The position numbers were made by a program, and so were the translations under genes. The notes beneath the pieces are model-generated. The model did not search any database, was not told the origin of the DNA, and saw only the letters and a list, made by a program, of their open reading frames with translations. DNA of 63,795 bases, the filler included, from Licmophora abbreviata (taxonomy: Eukaryota), in assembly GCA_900291995.1 (NCBI GenBank). It is 10 parts of 10 records of this genome, joined end to end, with 100 filler letters (N's around TTAATTAATTAA, not from the genome) between each part and the next. Parts side by side here need not be neighbours in the genome. Positions count along the whole stretch, not along the records: positions 9,991 to 25,217 come from OLMU01000541.1; positions 25,318 to 29,369 come from OLMU01000542.1; positions 29,470 to 32,363 come from OLMU01000543.1; positions 32,464 to 40,816 come from OLMU01000544.1; 6 more parts are not named here. One strand, 5' to 3'. Of this stretch, positions 23,839-36,214 are shown piece after piece. Numbering within the stretch: position 1 is the stretch's first letter; the number at the start of each line of letters is the position of its first letter.

Positions 23839-25217
23839 CTAGCATGCCGTGTCGGTGAGGACAGCGCCTTCAAGATCCTGTCGACTATCCTTAAAAGAGA
23901 TTTGATAAACGAATCGCCGGATCATGGCCAAACTAAGCTCGGGCTTGTCTTGCGGCAGCATGTGTCCCGAGTCGGGTATCTTTAGGAATATCAAGTTGTC
24001 CTTTTCCTGCACGTAAGCCGCGGGGGGCCCATCCTCATGAACGTGCCACGTATACCGGGGCGCCAATCGCCATTGCTCTGCTTGCGACCAAGGTAGATGC
24101 ATGAGTGCGATCTCGTTGCCCACATGGTTGCAGATGAGATCTTTCATCCCATTGTAGAAAAGCAATCGGACCCTCTTTTCCAGGATGTTTGCGATCTGTG
24201 GGACAACACCGAGACCATCTTGGTGGGCAAGGGCATAGTACGGTGGATCGGAGCACCCCCTGTACATCTGCTTCGCTTCAATGCTATCTGTAGCATGAAG
24301 GGAGTCAAGAACATCCTCATACCGAACGTTCCATTCTCCATCTCTCGGCGGGGCAGCACCACCAAGGTAGCTCTCGATGATCTTGTGGCCTTCTGGAAAG
24401 ACACGCTCTTGTCCCTTTCGCTCCCATTTCGTCGCGTCATACCTTGATGGATGCGTCGAGGAGCCCGATCCGTGTGATTGTTTGACAATGTCGTCCAGCA
24501 ATGAGAAGCACACTTTCGGAGTAAGATCGCCGGCTTCCAATTGCTTTTGACACTCTCCCTCTTTCGCATCCAAATGCGCCTTTTGGGATAGGCTAATGAA
24601 CCCCAATCCATAAGCTACTTCCGCCGCAGCGTACTGATGAAAAGGATCTATCCAGCCATTCCCAATAGCTGCCCCTGATAAAGACAGCTGTACTCGATTG
24701 CTTGAATCCTCCTGGCGCTGAATGATATAGTCCATCATGGACGGGATGTAGTGACCGGCGTGTGACTCGCCGGCAAAGTACACGGGTCTCCTGTTTCGGG
24801 GCTTTCCGCCGTTGCTAGGTTTGTCGAGCATGTGTTGTTGATAAACGAGAAAGAACTCCTCCAAGAAATAGAAGAAATCTTGATTGACTTCGTCGTCGTT
24901 CCGAGCATAGTCACCCTTTGTTGTATACGACAGTCCAGTTCCTACAGGTTGGTCGATATAGACGACCCAAGCTGGTGCGAGATGCCAAGAGTTCGGATTA
25001 GCAACAATCTTCCATTTTCCTTGCTCCATGGAAAACTGCAATGGTCCATGTTCGATAAAGAAGCCTTCCATACTGCTGCATCCTGGCCCACCATTCAGCC
25101 AGATGATAACGGGTGTTTCATGGCTTTGACGGGCGTGCTCATCGGTCGGCGCCACGAGCCAGTAGAAGAGCTGCTTATGTCCATCCGGGGCGGCTGATAG
25201 GAGTCCAGAGAAAAGTT
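23839..25217 (-). CDS. Serine carboxypeptidase S10 (Kex1-like), 5' end lost in gap
   Basis: WLNGGPGCSS, YIDQPVGTG, catalytic GESHAG, DLIC and GHMLP; frame is open to the gap. Confidence 0.92.
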
Positions 25218-25539
25218 NNNNNNNNNNNNNNNNNNNNNNNNNNNNNNNNNNNNNNNNNNNNTTAATTAATTAANNNNNNNNNNNNNNNNNNNNNNNNNNN
25301 NNNNNNNNNNNNNNNNNAGTCGAGTCCGCACCTATCATAAATGTTCTATATAGTACGGCTACTTTAAGTACCACATTGAACATGGGCCGCGACACGCACC
25401 ACGGGACGAGAGAGAGTCGAACGCTTTGACGAGGAAAGAGCTGACTGACGCTGTGGCATACAAAATGGTATGCAGTCTTGTCTTTACCGGATCGAAAGAG
25501 GAAGGACTTCCTGAGCACAGTCGCTAAGCAGAAATTGAA

Positions 25540-25992
25540 ATGAGCAGATCTCTCGTTGACGCGGCAAGTGCTTCCATGCCCCAAGCGCTGCGTATCTCTT
25601 TTACGAGCGTGCTCGGATTTATTGCTACTGTGCTTGTTATCGTTTGGGGGACTTTTGTACTAGTTTTCAATGCTGAAGAGAAGAACGCGTCGAATCCTCG
25701 GGTGAATGTGACAGAGACTGAAAAGGTGCCCGAGGCGCATTGCGCCACCCGGACAGATCCTGACATTTCGCCAGAACCCAAAGCAGCAGACTCACCAGCA
25801 GAGGACTCTTCACCGAGAGGCGCCATCGCTATAGGAAAGAAAAATGATTCTGGGGCATCAACAGATAGTAGTAGTACCTGGAGATGCGCTTGCGAGGGAG
25901 GCTTTCTTCCACCTGGACTTCTGCGCAACTTTGCCGGTGCGGAAGCAGTCATGCGACTCGGTACAGGACAGTGCTATCACAAGCAGATGTAA
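25540..25992 (+). CDS. Small single-pass membrane protein of unknown function
   Basis: One transmembrane helix, a low-complexity spacer and an ordered C-terminus WRCACEGGFLPPGLL..MRLGTGQCYH. Confidence 0.6.
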   Translation: MSRSLVDAASASMPQALRISFTSVLGFIATVLVIVWGTFVLVFNAEEKNASNPRVNVTETEKVPEAHCATRTDPDISPEPKAADSPAEDSSPRGAIAIGKKNDSGASTDSSSTWRCACEGGFLPPGLLRNFAGAEAVMRLGTGQCYHKQM

Positions 25993-26845
25993 TGAAACGA
26001 TCTCCGAATCGAAGATATAGGCATGGCAATGGGAGGTTGGCTGTTCTCTACTAGTGGTGTCCGCTGCGCCGTTGCGACACATGGTTGGTAATTGGTATTG
26101 ACACGAACAGACGTCTCAGGGACGACTGGAGCGAGACGCGCGCGGACGGTCCGAGATCACCTGAGTATAGCTGATCGATACAGAGCTGTTGGTAACTGCT
26201 CACACGTACAGCCACAGGCGCGAAGGTTAAGGTATCGTCTTTCCTGCGGCGTCGACCTGCGTTTTTTGTGGTGGACGAAGGTCGACGCGAGCTTGGTCTA
26301 TGGTGCGGAATGGAGCGACGAGGCAAATAGGAGAGATACAATGTCTCATCACTCTCTTCAAGAAAATAGACGAAGCTTCCCGTAGGGATGGAAGGCGACG
26401 CATCCATCTGCGAAGGTAGACGAGTCGAGTCGAGTCAAGCGAGATCAGCATTCTGCATTGCCTGTGGGCGTTCTTAACCTTCAACCTTTGGTGAGGCAAG
26501 CGGAACGTAGCTTTACAATGTATGTGTATCTACTTACATAGACGGATCGCGTTATCATGCGTACAATTGGGGTGTGCTGTAAAAGTTGGTGTTGTAGACG
26601 GCGCGAAAACTTGTTCAAACCAATACATGTATTGTGCGGCGGACGTACAGACATGATATCTTTGAGCAAATGTTTGCCGTTGCGTGGAAACCTACGCAAA
26701 ATCTGTACTGCTGGCGGCTGGAGGAATTCAAATCCGGGGTTCAAATGTCGTCCGGCTCACAAAAAACAACACATCTCTTGTCGCGAGAGACGTGTCCTTT
26801 TTCGCTTGTTTCTTCTTGCTCAATCCCCCCCTTCCTTCTTCCAAC

Positions 26846-28441
26846 ATGCGTGGTATGTCATGAATGATCAGTCTCAGTGGTGGTGTGGCGAAGATCGAGT
26901 GAGAAACGGCTGAATTCGTCGTGCGAGATGGACGACCTGTCAGTCGGATTGATCTTGTGTACTCGTACTCGTAGACTTGTACTGAGTTCTACGTGGATTC
27001 AGGCCCAAGACCAATGCTGCAGCCACCCAGTTTGCCGACCCAGTTTGCCGACACCGCCCTCGTTGCTCACTCTGCCTTGCTCTTGCCAGAATGCATCTCG
27101 ATCCACTTGGGCCAGGCCGGTATCCAGACCGGCAACAACTGCTGGGAGCTGTACTGCCTCGAGCACGGCATTGAGCCCGACGGTTCCATGTCCTCCGACA
27201 AGTCCATCGGCCAGGCTGACGACGCCTTCAACACCTTCTTCAGTGAGACTGGCTCGGGCCGTCACGTCCCCCGTGCTGTCTACGTCGATCTTGAACCCAC
27301 TGTCTGTGACGAAGTGCGCCACGGAAGCTACCGTCAGCTCTACCACCCGGAGCAGATCATCAGCGGAAAGGAAGACGCCGCCAACAACTACGCTCGTGGC
27401 CACTACACCATTGGCAAGGAGATTGTCGACCTCGTCCTCGACCGCATTCGCAAGCTGGCCGATGGATGCACTGGTCTCCAGGGGTTCCTTGTCTTCCACG
27501 CCACGGGCGGTGGAACGGGATCTGGTCTCGGATCGCTCCTCTTGGAGCGTCTCTCGGTCGACTACGGACGCAAGTCCAAGCTTTCCTTTGCTGTCTCTCC
27601 GTCCCCGCAGGTCTCCACCGCCGTCGTCGAGCCATACAACTCGGTTCTCTCCACTCATGCGCTCTTGGAGCACACGGACTGCACCTTCTGTCTTGACAAC
27701 GAGGCTCTTTACGATGTCTGCCGCCGCAACCTTGGCATTGAGCGTCCCACCTACACGAACCTCAATCGTCTGATCGCGCAGGTCATCTCCTCCCTCACGG
27801 CCTCTCTCCGTTTCGACGGCGCGCTCAACGTGGATGTTACGGAGTTCCAGACCAACTTGGTGCCCTACCCGCGCATTCACTTCATGCTTACGTCCTACGC
27901 TCCCGTCATCTCCGCCGAGAAGGCCTTCCATGAGCAGCTCTCGGTCGCCGAAATTACCAACTCGGTCTTTGAACCTTCCAGCATGATGACCAAGTGCGAC
28001 CCCCGTCACGGAAAATACATGGCGTGCTGCCTCATGTACCGTGGTGATGTTGTCCCCAAGGATGTCAACGCTGCCGTCGCGACCATCAAGACGAAGCGTA
28101 CCATTCAGTTTGTCGATTGGTGCCCCACTGGATTCAAGTGCGGCATCAACTACCAGCCGCCTACGGTCGTTCCTGGAGGCGACTTGGCTTCCGTCAAGCG
28201 CGCTGTCTGCATGGTCGCCAACACGACTGCCATTGCGGAGGCGCTCTCCCGCATCGACCACAAGTTCGATCTCATGTACGCCAAGCGTGCCTTTGTCCAC
28301 TGGTACGTCGGCGAGGGCATGGAAGAGGGCGAGTTCTCGGAGGCTCGTGAGGATCTTGCCGCTCTCGAGAAGGACTACGAGGAGGTTGGTGCCGAGACTG
28401 GTGACGGTGCCGTGGGAGAGGACTTCGATGAGGAATACTAA
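26846..28441 (+). CDS. TUA: Alpha-tubulin
   Basis: 7-nt first exon ATGCGTG (26846-26852) and intron 26853-27089 give [21 protein letters not shown]-terminal EEY and strong codon bias. Confidence 0.98.
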
Positions 28442-28969
28442 AAGAACATTGCGCGGTGCAACAACGTCCGTCTTTTGGTGTACCGGGCCACGTTCTTCAT
28501 TTGCGTTTAGTTAGTTCGGGTCGATCGTGTCAGTAAACAATAAGGGAAGTTTTGAACTTTCAACTCTTGCCAAGATTTCTTTGAAATGTAGGTCTATGTC
28601 GTTGAGCGTGAGTTTTGACCCGACTCCGCCCGGCGCTTGAGACTTGCGGACGCGTAGCTCAAGCTGATACTGTTTCGGCGGTGGTTGACATCCTGCTCAT
28701 GTCTATGCCACAAGTAGGCTTACACCCTGGTATTGCACCATCACTCACTTGGACGCGATCCTCTGTTTCGTCGTTCTTTTATCGAATTCATTCGTAGTAG
28801 ACCTAGGGGGAATGAATTGGGTCGTCTTCGTGTCTCATAAGGCGGATCGCGTCAAACATCGTCTGGCCATCGGCAGTCCATCGGCACGTTGAAGTTCTTG
28901 CGCGCCGCGATCCTTCGCGCCGTGCGGATCTTTCTCAACTTTCACAGAAGAAAATTCAAAGACTTCACC

Positions 28970-31554
28970 ATGACAAGAGACGAAGAGCTGCCGTTGTCTA
29001 TCCCGTCGCCATACTCTACCTATTATATGCTTTACATTTGGTGAGCACACGTGCGAGTAACACATCTCGGAACTCTCGACGTCTCGTGATTGGTGTTGAC
29101 GGCGGCACCGAGTCGATTCGAGCTTGCTGTTTCGATGCAGAGAATGGTCAAGTAGTTGGGCGATCATGTGCTGTGCCTTATCCGACGTATCATCCGCAGC
29201 CAGGATGGGCCGAACAAGACCCTCGTGACTGGTATGAGAATCTTGGACGGGCTGTTCGAGGTGCCGTCGAGTCGCTTCATGGCAGTAGAGAACACTATGA
29301 AGTTTCAGCCATCTGTGTCGATACGACCTGCTGTTCCGTCGTGGCACTGGACCGCGCCCACGAGCCACTNNNNNNNNNNNNNNNNNNNNNNNNNNNNNNN
29401 NNNNNNNNNNNNNTTAATTAATTAANNNNNNNNNNNNNNNNNNNNNNNNNNNNNNNNNNNNNNNNNNNNCTGTGGATGGATGCCAGATCCGCTCCTCAGA
29501 CGGAAGAAATTCTGCAGAAATGTCGAGGCGATCCTGCGCTTGCAATCAACAGTGGTGGGGAGGGCCCCCTGTCGGCCGAGTGGATGACACCGAAAGCACT
29601 GTGGCTACGGAATAATGAACCGGAGGTATGGAAGGCAGCCGCAACAATCTGCGAGTACCAAGATTTTGTTAACTTGAAGCTTACTGGAATTATCTGTGCG
29701 AGCTCATGTAATGCTGCGTCGCGATGGCACTGGGACGGGGAGAAATGTGTGAATGCCGATGACGGGCGAAGTGGACGACCTCTGTCAATGTATGAGTCTC
29801 TTGGAATCCCGGAGCTTGCCGAAAAGCTTCCCCAGAAATGTCTTCCTATGGGGGCTTTAGTGGGAAAACTGACCCCAGAAGCCGCCAAGCACTTGAATCT
29901 ACCAGTAGGACTACCAGTCGCCCAGGGCGGCCCGGATGCATTTGTCGGCATGATTGGTCTTGGGTGCATTCATCCTGGGCAGCTATGTCTCATCACGGGA
30001 TCGTCGCACCTCCACTGCGTTGTTTCGTCCAAACCGACGACCGCTGTTGGTACGTGGGGAGCTTATCGGGGAGCACCATTGCCGGGAATAAACTTTGCTG
30101 AGGGTGGCCAATCCAGCACGGGCTCCATCCTTCGATGGGCCAAGTCATTGTTTGGTGGAACTGCTGACTACAAAGAACTCGATCAGGAGGCTTCAAATAT
30201 TCCCGCCGGTTGTGAGGGGCTACTCGCGTTAGAAACATTTCAGGGATCCCGTACACCCGTGACAGACCCGCTTTCGCGGGGAGCTCTTCTCGGACTCACT
30301 CTATCGCATTCACGGGCTCATATTTGGCGCGCTATGATGGAGGCGGTTTGCTTCGGAACTCGTGCTTGCGTCGAAGGACTAGGGAGAGCCGGTCACAACT
30401 GTGAACAAATTATCATTGCGGGTGGATCAACTCGGTCACCCGTTTGGCTGCAGATGCATTCGGATGTCACGGGCATACCAGTGATAGTATGCGAGAATAC
30501 CGATGCACCACTTTTGGGATGCGCCATTCTAGCTAGCGTAGTGGCTGGTGTTCACGGAGCGGTCGAGGATGCCGTTCGGGCCATGGTTCGCACCGAGACG
30601 CGAATTGAACCGAATCCTGAAGTATCTATCATATACGACGAGCTCTTCGAGAATGTTTACAGGAAGATCGGTCCAGCTGTCCAGCCAATAGCTCATGCGA
30701 TTGCATCTCTTGATAAGACCAACTATGGAACGCAACCGAAATCCATCGAAGCCCAGAGGCAGCAGCCAACCCTGCGCGGAGGTGACAACGGAGATTCCGA
30801 CCACGCCGAAGGAATCGCTAATCGCAAGACTCTCATTGTTTCGCCGTCTCTCCTTGCTTGTGACTGGGCAAACATACAGTCGGAAGTAGCTCGCTGCGTT
30901 GAGGCAGGCGCGGAGCAGCTACACGTTGACATCTTTGATGGCGTCTTCATTGACTCCCCGCATGCTCTAACTTTCGGACCACAGATGGTTAAAGCAATTC
31001 GCGAGTGTTGCAATGAATCGGAATCACCAGTCGTATTGGATCTTCACGTTTGCGTCGATCGTCCGGCCCGCTATGTACAACCGATGGCGGAAGCTGGGGC
31101 AACACGCTTCATCTTTCAGTGGGAAGCGATGGAAGGCAACAACGATTCGCAGCGACTAGACTCGGCGCGTCAACTGGCAGAATGCATTGCAGCCACTGGA
31201 ATGAAGTGTGGCGTGTCGATCAATCCACGAACGCCAGTCGATTCCATTCTCCCTCTTCTCGAGACGGGTGCGATTGACTTGGTCGACGTTCTAGCAGTTG
31301 AACCTGGTTTCGGTGGCCAGAAGTTCCAAGAGTCAGCCCTGAGAAAGGTGGGCATTCTAAGCAAATGGAGGCTTGAGAAAGGCCTCGCAAATGTCGACTT
31401 GATCGTGATGGTTGATGGGGGTGTAAACGCCGATACCGCGGCATCAATCGTTCTGGCTGGAGCTGATGTTTTGGTCAGTGGTAGCTTTCTGTTTGGCCAC
31501 CCCGAGAGTTTGCGGCAAGGGATACAAGAGCTAGTAATTGAATCACCAACTTAG
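28970..31554 (+). CDS. FGGY pentulose kinase (ribulokinase-like) fused to ribulose-5-phosphate 3-epimerase
   Basis: Kinase motifs IGVDGGTES, HPQPGWAEQDP, LWMDAR, GGPDA and GSRTP. RPE motifs SPSLLA, HVDIFDG, DLH, VEPGFGGQKF, VDGG and VSGS. A gap removes only a few codons; the start codon is uncertain. Confidence 0.9.
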
Positions 31555-32269
31555 CGAAATATGAAAGCAGTATTTCCGTACAACCAAACTCTTGTAGTTG
31601 TCGAATCCATTGCTGTACTCACGCAGCCGTAGCAAACAATGTGGGCGTTAGACAATTACTTTAAGAAGCGAGTAAAGTGGCAGTTATATTACTACGAAAT
31701 CGAGTAACGACGTTGTTTGTCGGTTCAGATATTTGTTCTACTGAAGTACAGAAAAAGCTCCATCGAGGCAATGAGTGCTAGTCTTGTTCTACGGTTTGTG
31801 TCCACCGCGCCATTTCCTGCTGGACTAAACACCTGTGTTGGTCGGCACAATCAACTTACGGATAAAACAACAACAGATTAGATTAAGTCATTGCAATATA
31901 AGAGGTGGCGCATATTATGATAAGGAACGCCGATGAAGCTCCCGTCGATAGTCTCGCTCCTCGACCTCTTCGAGGCATCGGAATCAGGAATCACTCTACC
32001 CGTTTCGGAATTCGACGAGTATGGTCGCGCGAGGAGACTTGGCTGACGCGCGTCCCGACCCATGACCATGGACCATGGCAATCAGAAATCTCAGACGGCG
32101 TTATTGATGAAGTGTTCGATCCTCAACAACGCCAAGCCTCTTCCAAAGTGATATCACACTACGCTATTTCACCGTGCTCTTATTTTTGAGAACGAAACTT
32201 GAAACCGGCCAAAATTGGGCGAGAACTGTGAAAGTCATTTTGGATACCCTTTTGTGAGGTCTCGCTATT

Positions 32270-35200
32270 ATGTTTGGTGGCCTCGACGTCAAAGGGGCGT
32301 CCTCCAAGGACGATGAGCAGGAGAGAGCAGAAGCATCTAATGAAGTAGCTACTAGCGCATTTTNNNNNNNNNNNNNNNNNNNNNNNNNNNNNNNNNNNNN
32401 NNNNNNNTTAATTAATTAANNNNNNNNNNNNNNNNNNNNNNNNNNNNNNNNNNNNNNNNNNNNCAAGATTCCGACGTCCGAGTCATTGCCGCCGGCCGGA
32501 AGCGGCATTGTCTTCGGTGGTGCGGCCGCCGTCAAGAAAAAGACCATAAAGAAACGGACACGCGGTATTAAGGTTGGCCAGGGTCGAACCGAGCCAGTGC
32601 CAGCCCCACTGCCGCCTCGTCCCATTTCCCCTGTGGCTGCTACCCTAGAGCACCAAGCACACTATGTCAAGCGAGCTGAGCCGAACGAGGAAACTCAGGA
32701 CGACAGTACGAAAGACGGCGCATTGGAGGCTGTACGGCGCGCAGAAGAGTTCATGCAGAAGATGCAGCACGATCAGGATACTTCGGAGTCGTTTCAGCCA
32801 CCCACCCTCCAGTCAACAGATTCCGTTGATAAGACATACGAAGCTGCCAAGGCTGCCGCAGAAGAAGCGGAAGCTCAGATGGCCCGACCGAAACGAGCGT
32901 TTGGTCTTGGATGGTTCCCGCGGAAAAGCGCCGGCACTCGGGAGAATAGTATGGCGAGTGTTGGGAGTGGAACTAACCTCTCTTCACTCTCTATGCATGA
33001 TGCCCCGACGGAATCCACGGCAGCAGAACGAATTAGGAAGAAGCAAGACGATATCAAACGTGCAATGGCTGAGCGTCATCTAGCAATGCATCAAATTCAA
33101 TCTGATATGGGTAAGGTCGAGACGGATAGTGCGCAGCCGAGTCATCACTCTGGCGATGGAATATTGCCCGTGGAGGAGCTTCCGCATTCGTCTTCCCAAG
33201 CTTCCCCGTGGAGCGCTCCGACCTCAACTTGGTCCCTTTCAAGGGCAGCCGCGTCACCCCCTCCGCTTCCACCGAAAAAGACACCAAAGGAAAACCTTCA
33301 GGATATGCTTGCGACATTTGAAAGGAGCGTTAAGGATGCGATGTATAGGGTGTCTCAACTTCGACAGCAGCGCAACATGCTCTTGGAGGAGAGATTCGTA
33401 TCGCTCGCCAAGGAACGACTTTCGATTCAACAAATCGCTCAGGCGGAAGCTCAACAGATGTCGGCAGCAGAAGCAGAGGACTTTGATTTGGCGGATCGTT
33501 TGGCAGCGGTCATCGATGGGCATGCGAGTGAAAAAGCCGAGCTGGATGCAATCTTAGAAAACATTGGGCGTGCTCTGGAGCAGCTCGAAACTCAAAGACA
33601 CGATGTTGTCGGTGGGGTCGCCGCGTGCTTTGAGACAGTGCAAACCCAGCTGGAGACGTTTCAGGAGGAGCAGGAGTCTACAGAACGCAAGGATGACACG
33701 GAGGTACGCCGAAATTGTAGTTTCAAGAGAATTGTCTTTCCTCGAAGGCCAATACTAACGTTGATTCGTTCCGATTTTCAGTCAATGAAGCGCTTCTCAT
33801 CTACGGCACGACAGCTCTCTGCTGAGAACGAGCGCCTCCAAAACGACTTCAAGATCTTAGAACGAGACGAAGAGTTAATGACTGAAGAGAGGAAAGAGCT
33901 TGAACTTGCGATTCACGAGCAGACAGAAGATCTGGAGCGCCATCGCGATGAGGCAAAGTAAGAAAACCTGAAACTCCTTCAAGCGTGGGTCCAGTTCACC
34001 TTGAACCTAACACAGCACTCGTTCACTTAAAATACAGGGACAAGTTAGCAACAGTCGAGAATGAAATCGAAGACCTAAGGAAGCTCCTGCTGCAGAAAAC
34101 GGAGCAAGCCTCGACATTGCGTGCCGACATCGACACGCACGAGTCCGGAATTTCAAGGGTTCGCGTCAAGTTTTCGCGGCAACTTACTCGCGTAGAGAAA
34201 AAAGAGTTCTCTTTGAAAGAGAATCGATCAGAATGGGAAAACGAGAAGGTCGCATACGAGAGCTTAAAGACTGCTCACGAAGCCGAAGTCCAGGAGCACA
34301 GCGAAGCCCTACTCGCGCACGACGACTTGATGACAACGCTCAAACGTGAAATTGCTCTATCCACGACGTTACGCGACATTGTTGCCAAGGAAATCGTATT
34401 CGAGAGTGCTACGGATAAAGACGAAGAAACAGATGGTGACTTTGCACAGTTGCAAGCGGATGTCGTCAAGTGCGAGGCAGCGGCTAGCGAAGGCAAGCAA
34501 CTGCTGAAGGCGACGGTAGGGGTCCTCGACAATCTGGAGAGGGAGCACCATACCTTGATGGAGCGGATACCGGTGCTGGAAGAAGAAAAGAAATCTGCTG
34601 TATCTCGTCGGGATTTCAAGGCCGCCGGCAAGGCTTCGAAGGAGATCAAGGATGCGACAGCACGACTGCATGATTGTATCGAAGAGCTTACCGGCGACGC
34701 TGCAGAGCGGAAAAAGGCAGCGGAAATCGAACTCAAGAAGCTCGAAGAAGAGCTTGAGATCAAGCGTGTTGTCGCTCACGAGAAGGAAAAGGAGGTCGGA
34801 ATCGTCGCGATGGAAAATGTGGCGAAGAAAATCATGCGCCTCGTGGCGACGAAGCGTGATATATGCGGCGAGGCGACTCCTGGAACAATTCAAGGTGTGG
34901 GTGCCCTTGTATTGAAGGCGCAGCTAGATGCTCTGAGGAGGGAGGGTCAATCGTATGGTGCCAAGTTCGGCGGCTGGGACGAGCTCATGGCAGACATTGA
35001 TGACGATGACGAGTCAGTATCCCCGGTCGAAGGAGTTGCGGGACAACTTGAGGATCAGAAAGGTGACGACGACAGGGATAGAGTGACTGGGGTCGAAGCT
35101 GACCGATCACCCGACGAAGTGGACCCCGCGCGTATTGCAAGGTTCAAGGAGGTAACCGACCGTTTGAAAGGGGCGGAGGAGTCACTGGAAGCTGCCGTAG

Positions 35201-35889
35201 CTAAAGAAGACTACGACGAAGCGGCGCAGCTCGACGAGACGTTCCAGGAAATCAAAACGGAGCTAGAAACACTCAACCTGACGGATGCTGAATTGGAAAT
35301 TGCAATGCGCGAGGATATGCCGGCCGAAGGCGATGTTCCCTCTATTGCCGACGATGGCGAGACAAACGTTGTCGACCGTTTGAAAGGGAGGGAGGAGCCC
35401 CCAAATTCTGCCGTAAGTAACGAAGACTACGACGAAGCGGCGCAGCTCGACGAGACGTTTCAGGAAATCAAATCAGAGCTGGAAACACTCAAGCTGACGG
35501 ATGCTGAACTGGAAGCCGCAATGGACGAGGGCATGCCAGCCGAGGGCGACGGCATAGCAACGCACTCCAAGGATATCGAGAATGAAGATGGAATCGACTG
35601 CGTGGAAAGAATGGACGACGAAGCCGAAAGCCCACAAGTCGAAGAGGGGGCTGACGTAGATTCTCCAGCATCCGAAGACAAGGGCGTCAACGGCGACATC
35701 AATGGTAGGCCTGTCGATGCTGACAGTGAAAATATCGATGATGCATCCGAAGAGGCTGTTTCGGGGATGGAGGTTGGTGACACTGAGGTACCTAGTGGTT
35801 CTGAGCCGACGTCTCAATCGAAAAACGAGGTAGTAGCAGAGCCCGGACTTGTCAATGATGAAGACGAGAGTGGTCTGGCGGAGATGTAA
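32270..35889 (+). CDS. Large coiled-coil protein with several UVR (UvrB/C-like) helical motifs
   Basis: ATG MFGGLDVKG runs into a gap; introns about 33704-33781 and 33958-34037. Motifs AAEAEDFDLA, AVSRRDFKAA, AVAKEDYDEAA and AVSNEDYDEAA; acidic tail. Confidence 0.75.
35157..35549 (+). repeat. Intragenic tandem duplication, period 216 nt (72 aa)
   Basis: cgaccgtttgaaaggg...gaagactacgacgaagcggcgcagctcgacgagacgtt..caggaaatcaaa starts at both 35157 and 35373. Confidence 0.9.
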
Positions 35890-36214
35890 TTAGGATAGAT
35901 TGTTCGAGTCGAGTTACTTTTTGATCGCTAGATGACACCGCAGCTGGGGGGCCGACTCGACTCGCCTGTGCAGCAGCTCCAAGCTCTCCATTTCGAGTAC
36001 CTGTTTGGGGGGCGTCGAGTCGGAAAGGAACTGGAGGACTCCCGGTAGCGGCAGGAGCTGAGTTCAACTGTGACAACAAGTCCCAATCCATTGATCCACG
36101 AGTGGTACTTTCTACGGCTGTCGACCTGGTTGTCTTCAGGTTCACGGTCTAGTCCTCTGTTTTTAAGTGAAACATCGCTACCGATTCAATAGTCTGACGT
36201 ACTCTATCCTCTCT

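Noticed and set aside
26051..26499. Minus-strand ORFs between the membrane protein gene and tubulin
   Set aside because: No domain or compositional support; not called as genes.
26999..28300. 433-aa antisense ORF over alpha-tubulin
   Set aside because: A shadow of strong codon bias in a highly expressed gene; no recognisable motifs.
28645..28730. tRNA-like start (gcgtagctcaag)
   Set aside because: No T-loop GTTCRA and no acceptor stem pairing.
31600..32200. Short ORFs or possible ncRNA upstream of the coiled-coil gene
   Set aside because: No motif, splice pattern or RNA family recognised.
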